This document shows, piece after piece, positions 25,875 to 34,569 of a DNA stretch of 39,254 nt. The DNA comes from Candidatus Wildermuthbacteria bacterium RIFCSPHIGHO2_01_FULL_49_22b (GTDB lineage: Bacteria > Patescibacteriota > Minisyncoccia > Minisyncoccales > UBA10102). A program made the position numbers and the translations under genes. Each line of letters begins with the position of its first letter. The first letter of the stretch is position 1. Below the pieces are notes generated by a model. The model did not search any database and was not told where the DNA came from. It was given only the letters and a program-made list of their open reading frames with translations. The stretch covers positions 1 through 39,254 of the forward strand of contig MHTT01000015.1 of assembly GCA_001823165.1 (NCBI GenBank), written 5' to 3'.

Positions 25875-25898
25875 GAAAAAAAGATAGGTTGGGATAAC

Positions 25899-26432
25899 AT
25901 GGAGCAACAAAAGAAAACATTTGCGGTAAAGCTCAAGGGCTTAGCTCCCTGGATTTCAGAAATCCAGTACGAAAAAGAAGAGCGGGACCTCACTCTCTAC
26001 TTTTCCCTAAAAAGGGATGCTGAAATCAACATTATTGTAGAGGATGGCGGGGCGGGACACAAGCTGTTCTCTCCCGCAACGCCCCCTCTTGGAGCTCTAT
26101 CTCAAAAGCTCATCAGCAGCGTTGAATACAAGCCGAACTCAGACCTGTACATTGCTTCACTCTGCCGGCAGGACTTTCAGGCGTGCGGGGCAACCTCGCT
26201 TGCCTTAAAGGACGCGGTGGAAGAACTCAAACAATGCGGGGGAGAAAACTCTTCTCTGCTCGTGCTTCTTGAAACAGGCAAAGGAACTCAGGGGCTCTTA
26301 TGGTCAAAGAGGCCTGAAGTCCGAGAGAAGGTAAAAATGCTTGAGCAGGGAACAGAAAAGGGGAACTGGGTGCTGTTTGCCCCCAAAGGCCCCCTTCCCT
26401 CCCTGCGGGAAGCGTTTAAGGCAAGGTTATGA
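25899..26432 (+). CDS. Hypothetical protein
   Basis: 177-aa ORF with an ATGA overlap to the next gene. Confidence 0.7.
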   Translation: MEQQKKTFAVKLKGLAPWISEIQYEKEERDLTLYFSLKRDAEINIIVEDGGAGHKLFSPATPPLGALSQKLISSVEYKPNSDLYIASLCRQDFQACGATSLALKDAVEELKQCGGENSSLLVLLETGKGTQGLLWSKRPEVREKVKMLEQGTEKGNWVLFAPKGPLPSLREAFKARL

Positions 26433-27739
26433 GCCCTCTTGCCAAAACCCGACAAAAGATTACCGGGGAGGTTGTTTTCCCCAAGGAGCTTGCCTTAGAG
26501 CTCAAAAAGGGGGTGGGCGGCCTCAATGACCTGACCGAAAAGCTCTCTTCCTGGAAAACAACGGACACAAGCCGTTTTGTCATGTCCCTGCTTGGTTCCG
26601 CTGTCTTTCTTGAGGCCTCAGACCTTCACTTGGAAGCCACAAAGGGGGGGGCCCGGCTCCGTGCAAGAATTGACGGCATGCTGCATGATGTGGCTGAACT
26701 TTCAAAGCCAACCTACGAAACCTTGCTTTCCCGACTAAAGCTCCTGTCTGGGATAAAGCTTAATGTGTCTGAACGCCCGCAGGACGGAAGGTTCACTTTT
26801 CTTTTAGAGGAGGCACCGGTAGAGGCCAGGGTTTCTGCCCTGCCTTCAGAGCATGGGGAATCCTTGGTGTTGCGCCTCCTGAACCCCAAGAATTTAAAGG
26901 CCATCAAAGACCTGGGGTTGAGAAAAGACCTGCTTTTTTTGTTTCAAAAGGAAATCAAAAAACCAAACGGCATGCTCTTGGTAACAGGCCCCACGGGTTC
27001 AGGGAAAACCACTACTCTGTATGCCTTTTTAAAGGACGTGCAGAACCCCGAGGTTAAGGTCATCACCATTGAAGACCCAATTGAGTACCGCTTGGATGGA
27101 GTCAGCCAAACCCAGGTTGCGGGAAAAGAATATACCTTTGCTTTGGGACTGCGCGCCATTGTACGCCAAGACCCCGATGTCATTCTGGTGGGGGAAATCC
27201 GGGACTCAGAAACCGCAAGTATTGCCATTCAGGCGGCATTAACGGGACACCTGGTTTTTTCCACCCTGCACACGAATGACGCGGCAGGAACCGTTGCCAG
27301 GCTTCTTTCCCTAAAGGCAGACCCGGCAAATGTTGCTGCCGCCCTCAACCTTATTATCGCCCAGCGCCTGGTGAGAAAGGTGTGCAAGGCATGCGGCAAA
27401 ACCAGAAAAGCAAGCTCTTCTGAGCTTGCCATCATAAAGAAGGGGTTAGAAAAGCTGCCCAGGGGGATAAGGCCGAAGATTCCCGCAACGGTACAAGTGG
27501 CAGACCCCAAGGGATGCAGGGAGTGCAGCAACACCGGGTACAAAGGCAGGGTGGGCATCTTTGAAGCGATTGTGGCAGACGACGCCCTGGAAACCTTTAT
27601 AACAAATGGGCCTTCCATTGCGGAGCTCCGGGCCTATGCCGCAAAGCAGGGCATGGTGAGTATGTACCAGGACGGCCTACTGAAGGTGCTGGAGAAAACA
27701 ACAACGCTCCAGGAAGTGGAGCGCGTGACCGCAGAATGA
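26429..27739 (+). CDS. GspE/PulE/PilB-family secretion or pilus ATPase
   Basis: ASDLHLE, PQDGRF, GPTGSGKTTT, TIEDPIEY, RQDPDVILVGEIRD and STLHTN motifs; two CxxC. Confidence 0.95.
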   Translation: MSPLAKTRQKITGEVVFPKELALELKKGVGGLNDLTEKLSSWKTTDTSRFVMSLLGSAVFLEASDLHLEATKGGARLRARIDGMLHDVAELSKPTYETLLSRLKLLSGIKLNVSERPQDGRFTFLLEEAPVEARVSALPSEHGESLVLRLLNPKNLKAIKDLGLRKDLLFLFQKEIKKPNGMLLVTGPTGSGKTTTLYAFLKDVQNPEVKVITIEDPIEYRLDGVSQTQVAGKEYTFALGLRAIVRQDPDVILVGEIRDSETASIAIQAALTGHLVFSTLHTNDAAGTVARLLSLKADPANVAAALNLIIAQRLVRKVCKACGKTRKASSSELAIIKKGLEKLPRGIRPKIPATVQVADPKGCRECSNTGYKGRVGIFEAIVADDALETFITNGPSIAELRAYAAKQGMVSMYQDGLLKVLEKTTTLQEVERVTAE

Positions 27740-27743
27740 CGGT

Positions 27744-27874
27744 GAATGCCGTCTCAGCTGGGGACCATTTGGTGTTTGGAACGCAAATGTGAAATTACCC
27801 CGGGGTATGGTTCAGCATGACCCGAGCCACCCTCCAAGACAGATAACTCCAGGTCCCCAGCTGAAATGGCATTC
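27744..27874 (-). ncRNA. Putative structured RNA (131 nt, closed by a 23-bp stem)
   Basis: Arms 27744-27766 and 27852-27874 are 21/23 complementary; internal hairpins; a minus-strand TATACT lies just upstream. Confidence 0.5.
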
Positions 27875-27901
27875 TAGAAATGTAGTATAATATATAACAC
27901 A

Positions 27902-28909
27902 ATGATTGTCAAGAGTGAAGAGGCAACCAAAAAAGAAGAGGAGACGCTGGAGCGCACGCTCCGGCCCCGGTCCTGGCAGGACTACATCGGCCAGGAAAAG
28001 CTCAAAGCGCAGCTGCGCGTGATTATTGACGCGGCAAAAAAGCGCGGGGACCCCTTAGAGCATTTGCTGTTCTACGGCAACTCCGGACTCGGCAAGACCT
28101 CGCTTGCTCTCGTGGTGGCACATGAGATGGAAGTCCCCATCACCTCCTGCTCTGGGGCCTCCCTGGAACGGGCAGGAGACGTAGCTTCCCTCCTCACCAA
28201 TCTTCAGGATGGGGAGGTGCTGTTCGTTGACGAATGCCACCGTCTGTCAAACCAGGTTTTGGAAACCCTGTACTCTGCCATGGAGGACTACAAGCTCCAT
28301 TTGGTCTTGGGTAAGGGCCCCATGGCCCGCACCATGGAACTTGCCCTCCCCCGCTTCACCCTGATTGGAGCCACCACCAAGATGGCACAGCTTCCCTCGC
28401 CCTTCCGCAGCCGCTTTGGAGCCATTTTCCAGCTCAACTTCTATGAACAAAAAGACATTGAAAAGATTGTGGAGCGCTCTTGTGCAATCTTGCAATTGCG
28501 GCTCACCGAGCAGGCGCGGGCAGCCGTGGCCTCCCGCTCCAGGTTTACTCCGAGAGCGGCAAACAGGATATTAAAGCGCATCAGGGACGTGGCAACCCTT
28601 GAAGAGGCCAAGCTGGTTGACCAAGCGCTTACAGAACGCGCCTTTGGTTTCTTGGGCATTGATAAACTGGGCCTGGAGTCAGACGACCGCAAGATATTGG
28701 AGGCCGTAATCCACAAGTTTTCAGGCGGGCCCGTGGGGATTCAGACCTTGGCTGCCACTGTGGCAGAAGAACAAGAAACCATTCTGGACGTATACGAGCC
28801 CTACCTGCTACAGCTGGGGTTTCTGGAGCGAACTCCGCGAGGAAGAATTGCCACTGCTCTCGCCTATAAACACCTGGGCATCCCCAATTCTCGGAAAGAT
28901 TTGCTGTAA
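27902..28909 (+). CDS. ruvB: Holliday junction branch migration helicase RuvB
   Basis: LRPRSWQDYIGQ, GLGKTSLA, DECHRL, FTLIGATT, GGPVGI and EPYLLQLGFLERTPRGR motifs. Confidence 0.97.
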   Translation: MIVKSEEATKKEEETLERTLRPRSWQDYIGQEKLKAQLRVIIDAAKKRGDPLEHLLFYGNSGLGKTSLALVVAHEMEVPITSCSGASLERAGDVASLLTNLQDGEVLFVDECHRLSNQVLETLYSAMEDYKLHLVLGKGPMARTMELALPRFTLIGATTKMAQLPSPFRSRFGAIFQLNFYEQKDIEKIVERSCAILQLRLTEQARAAVASRSRFTPRAANRILKRIRDVATLEEAKLVDQALTERAFGFLGIDKLGLESDDRKILEAVIHKFSGGPVGIQTLAATVAEEQETILDVYEPYLLQLGFLERTPRGRIATALAYKHLGIPNSRKDLL

Positions 28910-28942
28910 CCTGTATCTTGTATTAAGATACAAACTACAAAC

Positions 28943-29662
28943 ATGAGCGGACACTCCCATGCAAAAACCGTAGCGCATAAAAAAGGGGCGGCTGACGCCC
29001 AGCGCTCAAAGATATTCTCCAAAATGGCAAGCGAGATTGCGATTGCAGCCAAGGGAGGGGGCGACCCTACGGCCAACCCGCGGCTCCGCATGGCAATTGA
29101 CCGGGCGCGCTCTTTTAACATGCCCACCGCTAATATTGAGAGGGCGATAAAGAGAGGAACAGGAGAAGAAAAAGGAGCCGCTTTGCAAGAGGTGCTCTTT
29201 GAGGGATATGGCCCCGGCGGCATTGCCGTATTGGTGGAAGGCATCACCGACAACAAGAACAGGGCCTTAGGGGAGGTGAAGCAGGCATTTGAGAAAAACC
29301 AGGGAAAGCTTGCGGGGGAAGGAGCTGTGCGCTGGCTCTTTGAACGGAAAGGAATCATGAGCATCCCCCCGGGAGACAAACCCAAAGAAGACCTTGAACT
29401 CCTCTCCATTGAAGTCGGGGCAGAGGATGCCTACTGGAGAAAAGACGGGACGCTTGAGATTTACACAAAACCCGCCGCGGTAGAACAGGTGAAGAAAACC
29501 CTGGAAGAACAGGGCCTTGCTCCAGGACCTGCTTCTTTAGAATGGATTCCAAAAGAGAGAATCGCCCTTTCAGAAAAAGACCGGGGGGCCGCGGAACTCC
29601 TCTTTGTTGCCTTGGACGAAAGCGACGCGGTGCAGGAAATCTACTCAAATATAAACATCTGA
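28943..29662 (+). CDS. yebC: YebC/PmpR family protein
   Basis: MSGHSH, NPRLR, EGYGPGG and TDNKNR motifs. Confidence 0.95.
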   Translation: MSGHSHAKTVAHKKGAADAQRSKIFSKMASEIAIAAKGGGDPTANPRLRMAIDRARSFNMPTANIERAIKRGTGEEKGAALQEVLFEGYGPGGIAVLVEGITDNKNRALGEVKQAFEKNQGKLAGEGAVRWLFERKGIMSIPPGDKPKEDLELLSIEVGAEDAYWRKDGTLEIYTKPAAVEQVKKTLEEQGLAPGPASLEWIPKERIALSEKDRGAAELLFVALDESDAVQEIYSNINI

Positions 29663-29694
29663 CATATGACATTTGACGAGTGCTGCCAATTGTT

Positions 29695-30171
29695 ATGGTG
29701 ATTCTTGGCATAGACCCCGGGACGGCGACAACGGGATATGGAGTGGTGGAAACAACGCCAAAACTCACCTGGGCCGCACACGGCACTATTGACACTCCCA
29801 AAAACAAACCCGCAAAGGACCGTCTTTTGCTGCTGGAACAAGGTCTGCGACAGCTGTTCAAAAAATACAGACCTGACCTGTTGTGTGTGGAACGGCTGTA
29901 TTTTTTCAAAAACGCCAAGACCGCCCTTCCCGTGTCTGAAGCTAAAGGCGTTGTGCTGCTGGTGGCCGCTCACACCAATGTTTCTTTGCGAGAGTTCACC
30001 CCGTTGCAGGCAAAAATGGCGGTGACCGGGTACGGGAAAGCGCAAAAAATCCAGGTTCAGCGCATGGTGCAGCAGATTCTCGGCCTCACGGCTCTTCCGA
30101 GGCCGGATGACGCAGCTGACGCCCTTGCCTTGGCCATTGCGGGCTCGGTATTGACAAGAAGCGGGAAATAG
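29695..30171 (+). CDS. ruvC: Holliday junction resolvase RuvC
   Basis: ILGIDPG, VERLYF, VTGYGKA and PDDAADALALA motifs. Confidence 0.96.
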   Translation: MVILGIDPGTATTGYGVVETTPKLTWAAHGTIDTPKNKPAKDRLLLLEQGLRQLFKKYRPDLLCVERLYFFKNAKTALPVSEAKGVVLLVAAHTNVSLREFTPLQAKMAVTGYGKAQKIQVQRMVQQILGLTALPRPDDAADALALAIAGSVLTRSGK

Positions 30172-30179
30172 AATATACT
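30151..30179 (+). promoter_or_regulatory. Near-consensus sigma70 promoter
   Basis: TTGACA-N17-TATACT. Confidence 0.8.
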
Positions 30180-30255
30180 GGAGAGCGAGGTCACGAGAAA
30201 GGTCGGACCGTTTTCATTAAAAAGAGCTTAAACTTAAAACGGAAACCGAAAAAAC

Positions 30256-30519
30256 ATGATTCTCGACGAAATCAAACTGGCTTCCGCGGTCTTTACCGGA
30301 GAGGAAGAAACCCCTGCCGAGGAGAACACCGAATCTGAAGCTTTTGCCGCCTTATTGGACGGCGAGGAAGAGGATGGTTCCCCTAAAGAGGGGGAAGCCG
30401 AAGCTCCCGCTGCCCTGTTGGACGGCGAGGAAGAGGGTGATGCGAGCACGCCTTCTAAAGAGGGCAACGGCGACGCTCCTGTAGAGCCTGCTGAGGGCAA
30501 CAACGGAGACAACCAGTAA
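30256..30519 (+). CDS. Highly acidic small protein with an internal repeat
   Basis: Two copies of EAxAALLDGEEE...KEG; monocistronic between a promoter and a terminator. Confidence 0.65.
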   Translation: MILDEIKLASAVFTGEEETPAEENTESEAFAALLDGEEEDGSPKEGEAEAPAALLDGEEEGDASTPSKEGNGDAPVEPAEGNNGDNQ

Positions 30520-30524
30520 ACAAA

Positions 30525-30555
30525 CAAAAAGCCCCGGAATTTCCGGGGCTTTTTG
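30525..30555. terminator. Bidirectional intrinsic terminator
   Basis: caaaaagccccggaa-t-ttccggggctttttg between convergent genes. Confidence 0.9.
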
Positions 30556-31749
30556 TCAGGCAATGCGGACAAACCTCCGCTTGCCAACCTGAATCACAGA
30601 ACCTTCCCGCAACTCAACCAAACTGTTTTCTTGTCTCTGTACCGCGCCGTCCAATCGCACCCCGCCCTGAAAGATAAGGCGGCGCGCCTCGGACTTTGAG
30701 GAAGCGAGCTTCGTTTTCAATAGAATATCCACAAGGGGCTTTCTCCCGCGCAGCCCCCTTGCCTCTTTCATAGCGGAGGGAAGCTGCTTTGCCTGGAATA
30801 CGCGCACAAACTCTTTTTCTGCAAGAGAGGTTGCCTTGGAGCCGTGGCAAGTGGCAACAATCTCTTTCGCTAGTCGGGCCTTGGCTTGTCGCGGATTAAG
30901 TTTTTTTGACTTGATCTGCTGTTCAATCTCTCCAATCTCTTTCTGGGGGATGTTAGTAAGGATCTCAAGACCAGACACAATGCGTTCATCGGGCCATGCC
31001 ATAATTCTGCCGTACATCTCGTTGGGCTTCTCGTCGAGAGGGGCCAGGTTCCCCGCGGTCTTGCCCATTTTTTTGCCAGACGGGTCGGCCAGCAACTTTA
31101 AGGCCAAAACAAACTTCTCTTTGTTTTTTATCCTTTTTAAGAGCGCTCTGCCGGCCAGCATGTTAAACGTCTGGTCGTTGCCCCCAACCTCTGCGTCAAC
31201 ATTCATGGTCACGCTGTCGTAGGCCTGCAATATTGGATACAAAAATTCATGAACGCGGATATCCTTGCCTGCCCGCATTCTTTCTTGGAACATATCCCTT
31301 TCGAGCAGCCCTGCAACGGTAAAGTGAGAGGCTAACTCAAGAAGGTCTTTGAGCTTTAGCTTGCTGGACCATTGTTCATTGTATAAAAACCTGACGTTTG
31401 ATTCCCGAAGGTTGAGGATTTTGCCAATCTGCTTTCTGTAGTCCCTGGCGTTCGCCAAAACCTGCGCGCGAGTCAGTGGTTTCCTCGCCGCGTTTTTGCC
31501 GGTCGGGTCCCCGATGGTGGCAGTAAAATCGCCTATCAGCACAATGATCTCGTGCCCAAGGTCTTGAAACTGGCGCAACTTTCTCAGGCTCACCATGTGT
31601 CCTATATGAAGTTTGCCTGTCGGGTCAATGCCATGGTAAATCCTGAGTTTTTTGCCTGCTCTTAAAACACTCTCCAGCACCTTGCGGCTAGGATAAATAC
31701 GCTCTACCCCCCTTGTTAAAACCTCTTCTATCTGGTTTTGTGCCTCCAT
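30556..31749 (-). CDS. tyrS: Tyrosine--tRNA ligase
   Basis: GIDPTGKLHIGH, GGNDQTFN and KMGKT motifs, C-terminal S4 domain; start MEAQNQ. Confidence 0.97.
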   Translation of the reverse strand: MEAQNQIEEVLTRGVERIYPSRKVLESVLRAGKKLRIYHGIDPTGKLHIGHMVSLRKLRQFQDLGHEIIVLIGDFTATIGDPTGKNAARKPLTRAQVLANARDYRKQIGKILNLRESNVRFLYNEQWSSKLKLKDLLELASHFTVAGLLERDMFQERMRAGKDIRVHEFLYPILQAYDSVTMNVDAEVGGNDQTFNMLAGRALLKRIKNKEKFVLALKLLADPSGKKMGKTAGNLAPLDEKPNEMYGRIMAWPDERIVSGLEILTNIPQKEIGEIEQQIKSKKLNPRQAKARLAKEIVATCHGSKATSLAEKEFVRVFQAKQLPSAMKEARGLRGRKPLVDILLKTKLASSKSEARRLIFQGGVRLDGAVQRQENSLVELREGSVIQVGKRRFVRIA

Positions 31750-31823
31750 AGCAGAAAATGTACCATTTTTGAAGCAATAAAGCAAAGTTTGCTGTAAAAG
31801 GGTGGTCCTTACAAACATCGCTT

Positions 31824-31859
31824 CCCCTCAAACTTGTACAGGTGTATAATATTGAGGGA
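31824..31859. repeat. 36-bp tripartite palindromic site, copy A (contains the -10 TATAAT)
   Basis: cccctcaa-acttgt-acaggtgta-taata-ttgaggga. Confidence 0.85.
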
Positions 31860-32437
31860 TGACATTTTCTAAATATTATTTGAAGCAGCCAAAGCAAAAA
31901 ATTGTGCAAGATATTTTACTCTTGCTTTTGGTGGGCGGGGCACTGGTGCTAAGCGGAGCTTCCCCTTCCCTTGCTACCGGTCTTTGGAAAAATCTTGGCA
32001 AAAAGAAAAAATATCGTAAAAAGAGCGTGGAAAACGCGTTCTCCCGTCTGAAAAAACAGGGCTGCCTGGAAATTCAGAAAAGCGGGCACCAAGTTTCTAT
32101 CGCGCTCACAAAAGAAGGGCGCATAAAAGCGGGGAAGTTTCAAATCAATCATCTTGAAATACAACGCCCCAAAAAGTGGGACAGAAAATGGCGCGTAGTT
32201 ATTTTTGATATTATAGAAAATGGTCCTGGCCGCACTAAACGCAATGGCTTGCGGGGATTTTTGTTCCGCTTGGGGTTTTGGCGCCTCCAGCATAGCGTAT
32301 GGATTCATCCTTTTGACTGCACACAGGAACTTGCTCTTCTAAGAGAGTTTTTTGGCCTTACCACAAAAGAAGTGCGGCTTCTTGTTGTAGAAGCATTCGA
32401 AGGAGAGGGTGCGCTCAAAGAGATATTTGAACTTTAG
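31859..32437 (+). CDS. PaaX-like protein (wHTH + Cas2-like ferredoxin domain)
   Basis: FSRLKKQG...LTKEG winged helix; KWDRKWRVVIFDI...R..LRGFLFRLGFWRLQHSVWIHPFDC. Confidence 0.85.
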   Translation: MTFSKYYLKQPKQKIVQDILLLLLVGGALVLSGASPSLATGLWKNLGKKKKYRKKSVENAFSRLKKQGCLEIQKSGHQVSIALTKEGRIKAGKFQINHLEIQRPKKWDRKWRVVIFDIIENGPGRTKRNGLRGFLFRLGFWRLQHSVWIHPFDCTQELALLREFFGLTTKEVRLLVVEAFEGEGALKEIFEL

Positions 32438-32459
32438 GGGGATGATGGTGGTGCCCCTA

Positions 32460-32495
32460 CCCCTCAATTTGAGACAGGTGTAAGGTTTTGAGGGA
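32460..32495. repeat. 36-bp tripartite palindromic site, copy B
   Basis: cccctcaa-tttgag-acaggtgta-aggtt-ttgaggga. Confidence 0.85.
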
Positions 32496-32575
32496 CTATC
32501 GTTCTGCTTTTGCGGGCGTGTTTTATTTTTTCTCATTGCGAAAGGGGGCAAAATGTGGTATTTTTAATTCTTGAA

Positions 32576-34513
32576 ATGGCGAGGTGGCGCTACAAAAAAA
32601 CATATCAGAAGAAATTCCTGTTGCTTTCCCTGCTGGCGCAGGCTGTTCTTTTTTTGGTTTTGCTTGCGCTCCTGGCAGGAATAGGGATTTTTGTGTACTA
32701 CGCAAAAGACCTGCCGCGTCCGGAAAACCTCGGCGAGGTGTCTTTCGCAAGGCCCACCAAAATCTACGACCGGACAGGCAGGGTCCTGCTCTATGAGGTG
32801 TATGGAGAAGAAAAGCGCGAATTTGCCCCCCTGCGAGAAATCTCCTCTTTTCTTCCCTTGGCCGTGATTGCAGCTGAAGACCAAAACTTCTACTCGCACT
32901 TTGGGGTGGACCTTAAAGGCGTGGCCAGGGCTGTGCTGCGCAACCTAAGCATGCTACAAGCGGCCCAGGGCGCCTCCACTATTACCCAGCAGCTGGCCCG
33001 CACGGTGCTCTTGAGCCGCGAGAAAACCTTGGGGCGCAAGGTCAGGGAACTCATTCTTACGCTGGAGCTGGAGCGCCAGTACTCAAAGGACGAAATCATG
33101 GAGTTCTATCTCAACCACATCCCCTGGGGCGGTAATTCCTATGGAGCTGGAGCCGCCTCCCAGGCATATTTTGAAAAGCCCCCTTCAGCCCTCACCCTGG
33201 CAGAATCTGCAGCGCTGGCTGCCATGATACAGGCGCCCACCCGCTATTCGCCTTTCGGCAACCACCAAGACGAGCTTTTAGCTAGAAAGGACTTTATGCT
33301 GGAACGCATGGCCCAGCTCGGTTTTGTGTCGCACGAGGAGGAGCAGGAAGCAAAAAAAGAAGAACTTGTGTTTGCCGTCTCCGGGACAAGCCAGAAAGCC
33401 CCCCACTTTGTTCTTGACGTGGTGGATTCTCTGCTCTCCCGCTATGGAGAGGACTTTCTGCGAGAGAACGGACTCAAGGTTATAACAACCCTGGACTGGG
33501 AAATGCAAAAGGCCGCTGAGGAGGCGGTGTCGGCCCTTGCGGAACGAAACGAGTTTTTCAACGCATACAACGCGGGGCTCGTCGCCATGAACCCCCAGAC
33601 AGGAGAGATTCTTGCCCTGGTCGGTTCCAGGGGCTGGTCAGAGGAATCCTACCCCGCAGGATGCGTTTCTGGCAAGAACTGTCTGTTTGACCCCAAGGTA
33701 AATGTTGTCTCATATCTCCAGGGCAGGCAGCCAGGTTCAGCTTTCAAACCCTTTGTGTACGCAGTCGCTTTTGAAAAAGGGGCAGATGACACAACCATTG
33801 TTGAGGACGTGGAAACCAATTTCGGGATATGGGGGGGCAAGGAGTATATCCCTCAAAACTACGATGGAAAGTTTCGGGGCCCAGTCACCTTACGGCAGGC
33901 CCTGGCGCAATCTTTGAATATTCCTTCCATAAAGGTGCTGCTTGACTTAGCCGGACTCAAAGACAGTATTGAAAGGGCAAAGGAGCTTGGCATCACCACC
34001 CTAAAAGACCCTTCCAACTATGGGCCCTCCTTGGTGCTTGGAGGAGGAGAGGTTTATTTGCTGGACATGGTAACCGCCTACAGCGTGTTTGCCACGGAGG
34101 GGAAACGGGTATATCCCTCTGCCGTCCTCTCGGTGGAGGACTCTCAAGGAAGAAATCTTTGGGGGAATAAGAATGGCACAGCCCAGATTATGGAACCCGC
34201 AGTTGCAAGGCTCATCACCAGCATTCTTTCAGATGAGGAAGCCAGGGCCCCTATATTTGGCCGCGCCTTTTCGCTTTTGGTCCCCGGATACGAGGTTGCG
34301 GTAAAAACAGGAACGACCCAGGAATACCGGGACGCATGGACCATAGGGTATACAAAAGACCTGGTTGCCGGGGTTTGGGTGGGCAATAATGACAATACCG
34401 CAATGACCAACGCTGCGGGCTCTGTGGTTGGAGCCCCCATCTGGAACCAGTTCATGAGAGAAGCCCTTGCTTCGCTTGAAAGCTCAAAGTCCCAATTTCA
34501 AAATCCAAAATAA
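32576..34513 (+). CDS. Class A penicillin-binding protein (transglycosylase/transpeptidase)
   Basis: AEDQNFYSHFG, GASTITQQL, RKVRE, SxxK (GSAFKP), SLN and KTGT motifs. Confidence 0.95.
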   Translation: MARWRYKKTYQKKFLLLSLLAQAVLFLVLLALLAGIGIFVYYAKDLPRPENLGEVSFARPTKIYDRTGRVLLYEVYGEEKREFAPLREISSFLPLAVIAAEDQNFYSHFGVDLKGVARAVLRNLSMLQAAQGASTITQQLARTVLLSREKTLGRKVRELILTLELERQYSKDEIMEFYLNHIPWGGNSYGAGAASQAYFEKPPSALTLAESAALAAMIQAPTRYSPFGNHQDELLARKDFMLERMAQLGFVSHEEEQEAKKEELVFAVSGTSQKAPHFVLDVVDSLLSRYGEDFLRENGLKVITTLDWEMQKAAEEAVSALAERNEFFNAYNAGLVAMNPQTGEILALVGSRGWSEESYPAGCVSGKNCLFDPKVNVVSYLQGRQPGSAFKPFVYAVAFEKGADDTTIVEDVETNFGIWGGKEYIPQNYDGKFRGPVTLRQALAQSLNIPSIKVLLDLAGLKDSIERAKELGITTLKDPSNYGPSLVLGGGEVYLLDMVTAYSVFATEGKRVYPSAVLSVEDSQGRNLWGNKNGTAQIMEPAVARLITSILSDEEARAPIFGRAFSLLVPGYEVAVKTGTTQEYRDAWTIGYTKDLVAGVWVGNNDNTAMTNAAGSVVGAPIWNQFMREALASLESSKSQFQNPK

Positions 34514-34569
34514 ATTCAAATCTCCAATTTTTAATTTTTAAAACATTGTGGATTTTGTGCTTTGGATTT
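34480..34569. repeat. Degenerate heptamer repeat tract (AAATCCA-like, then inverted TGGATTT-like)
   Basis: aagctca aagtccc aatttca aaatcca ... tggattttgtgctttggattt. Confidence 0.55.

Noticed and set aside
31824-32495. CRISPR array or cas2 locus
   Set aside because: Only two non-identical 36-bp units separated by a whole gene, and no cas1 or other cas genes.
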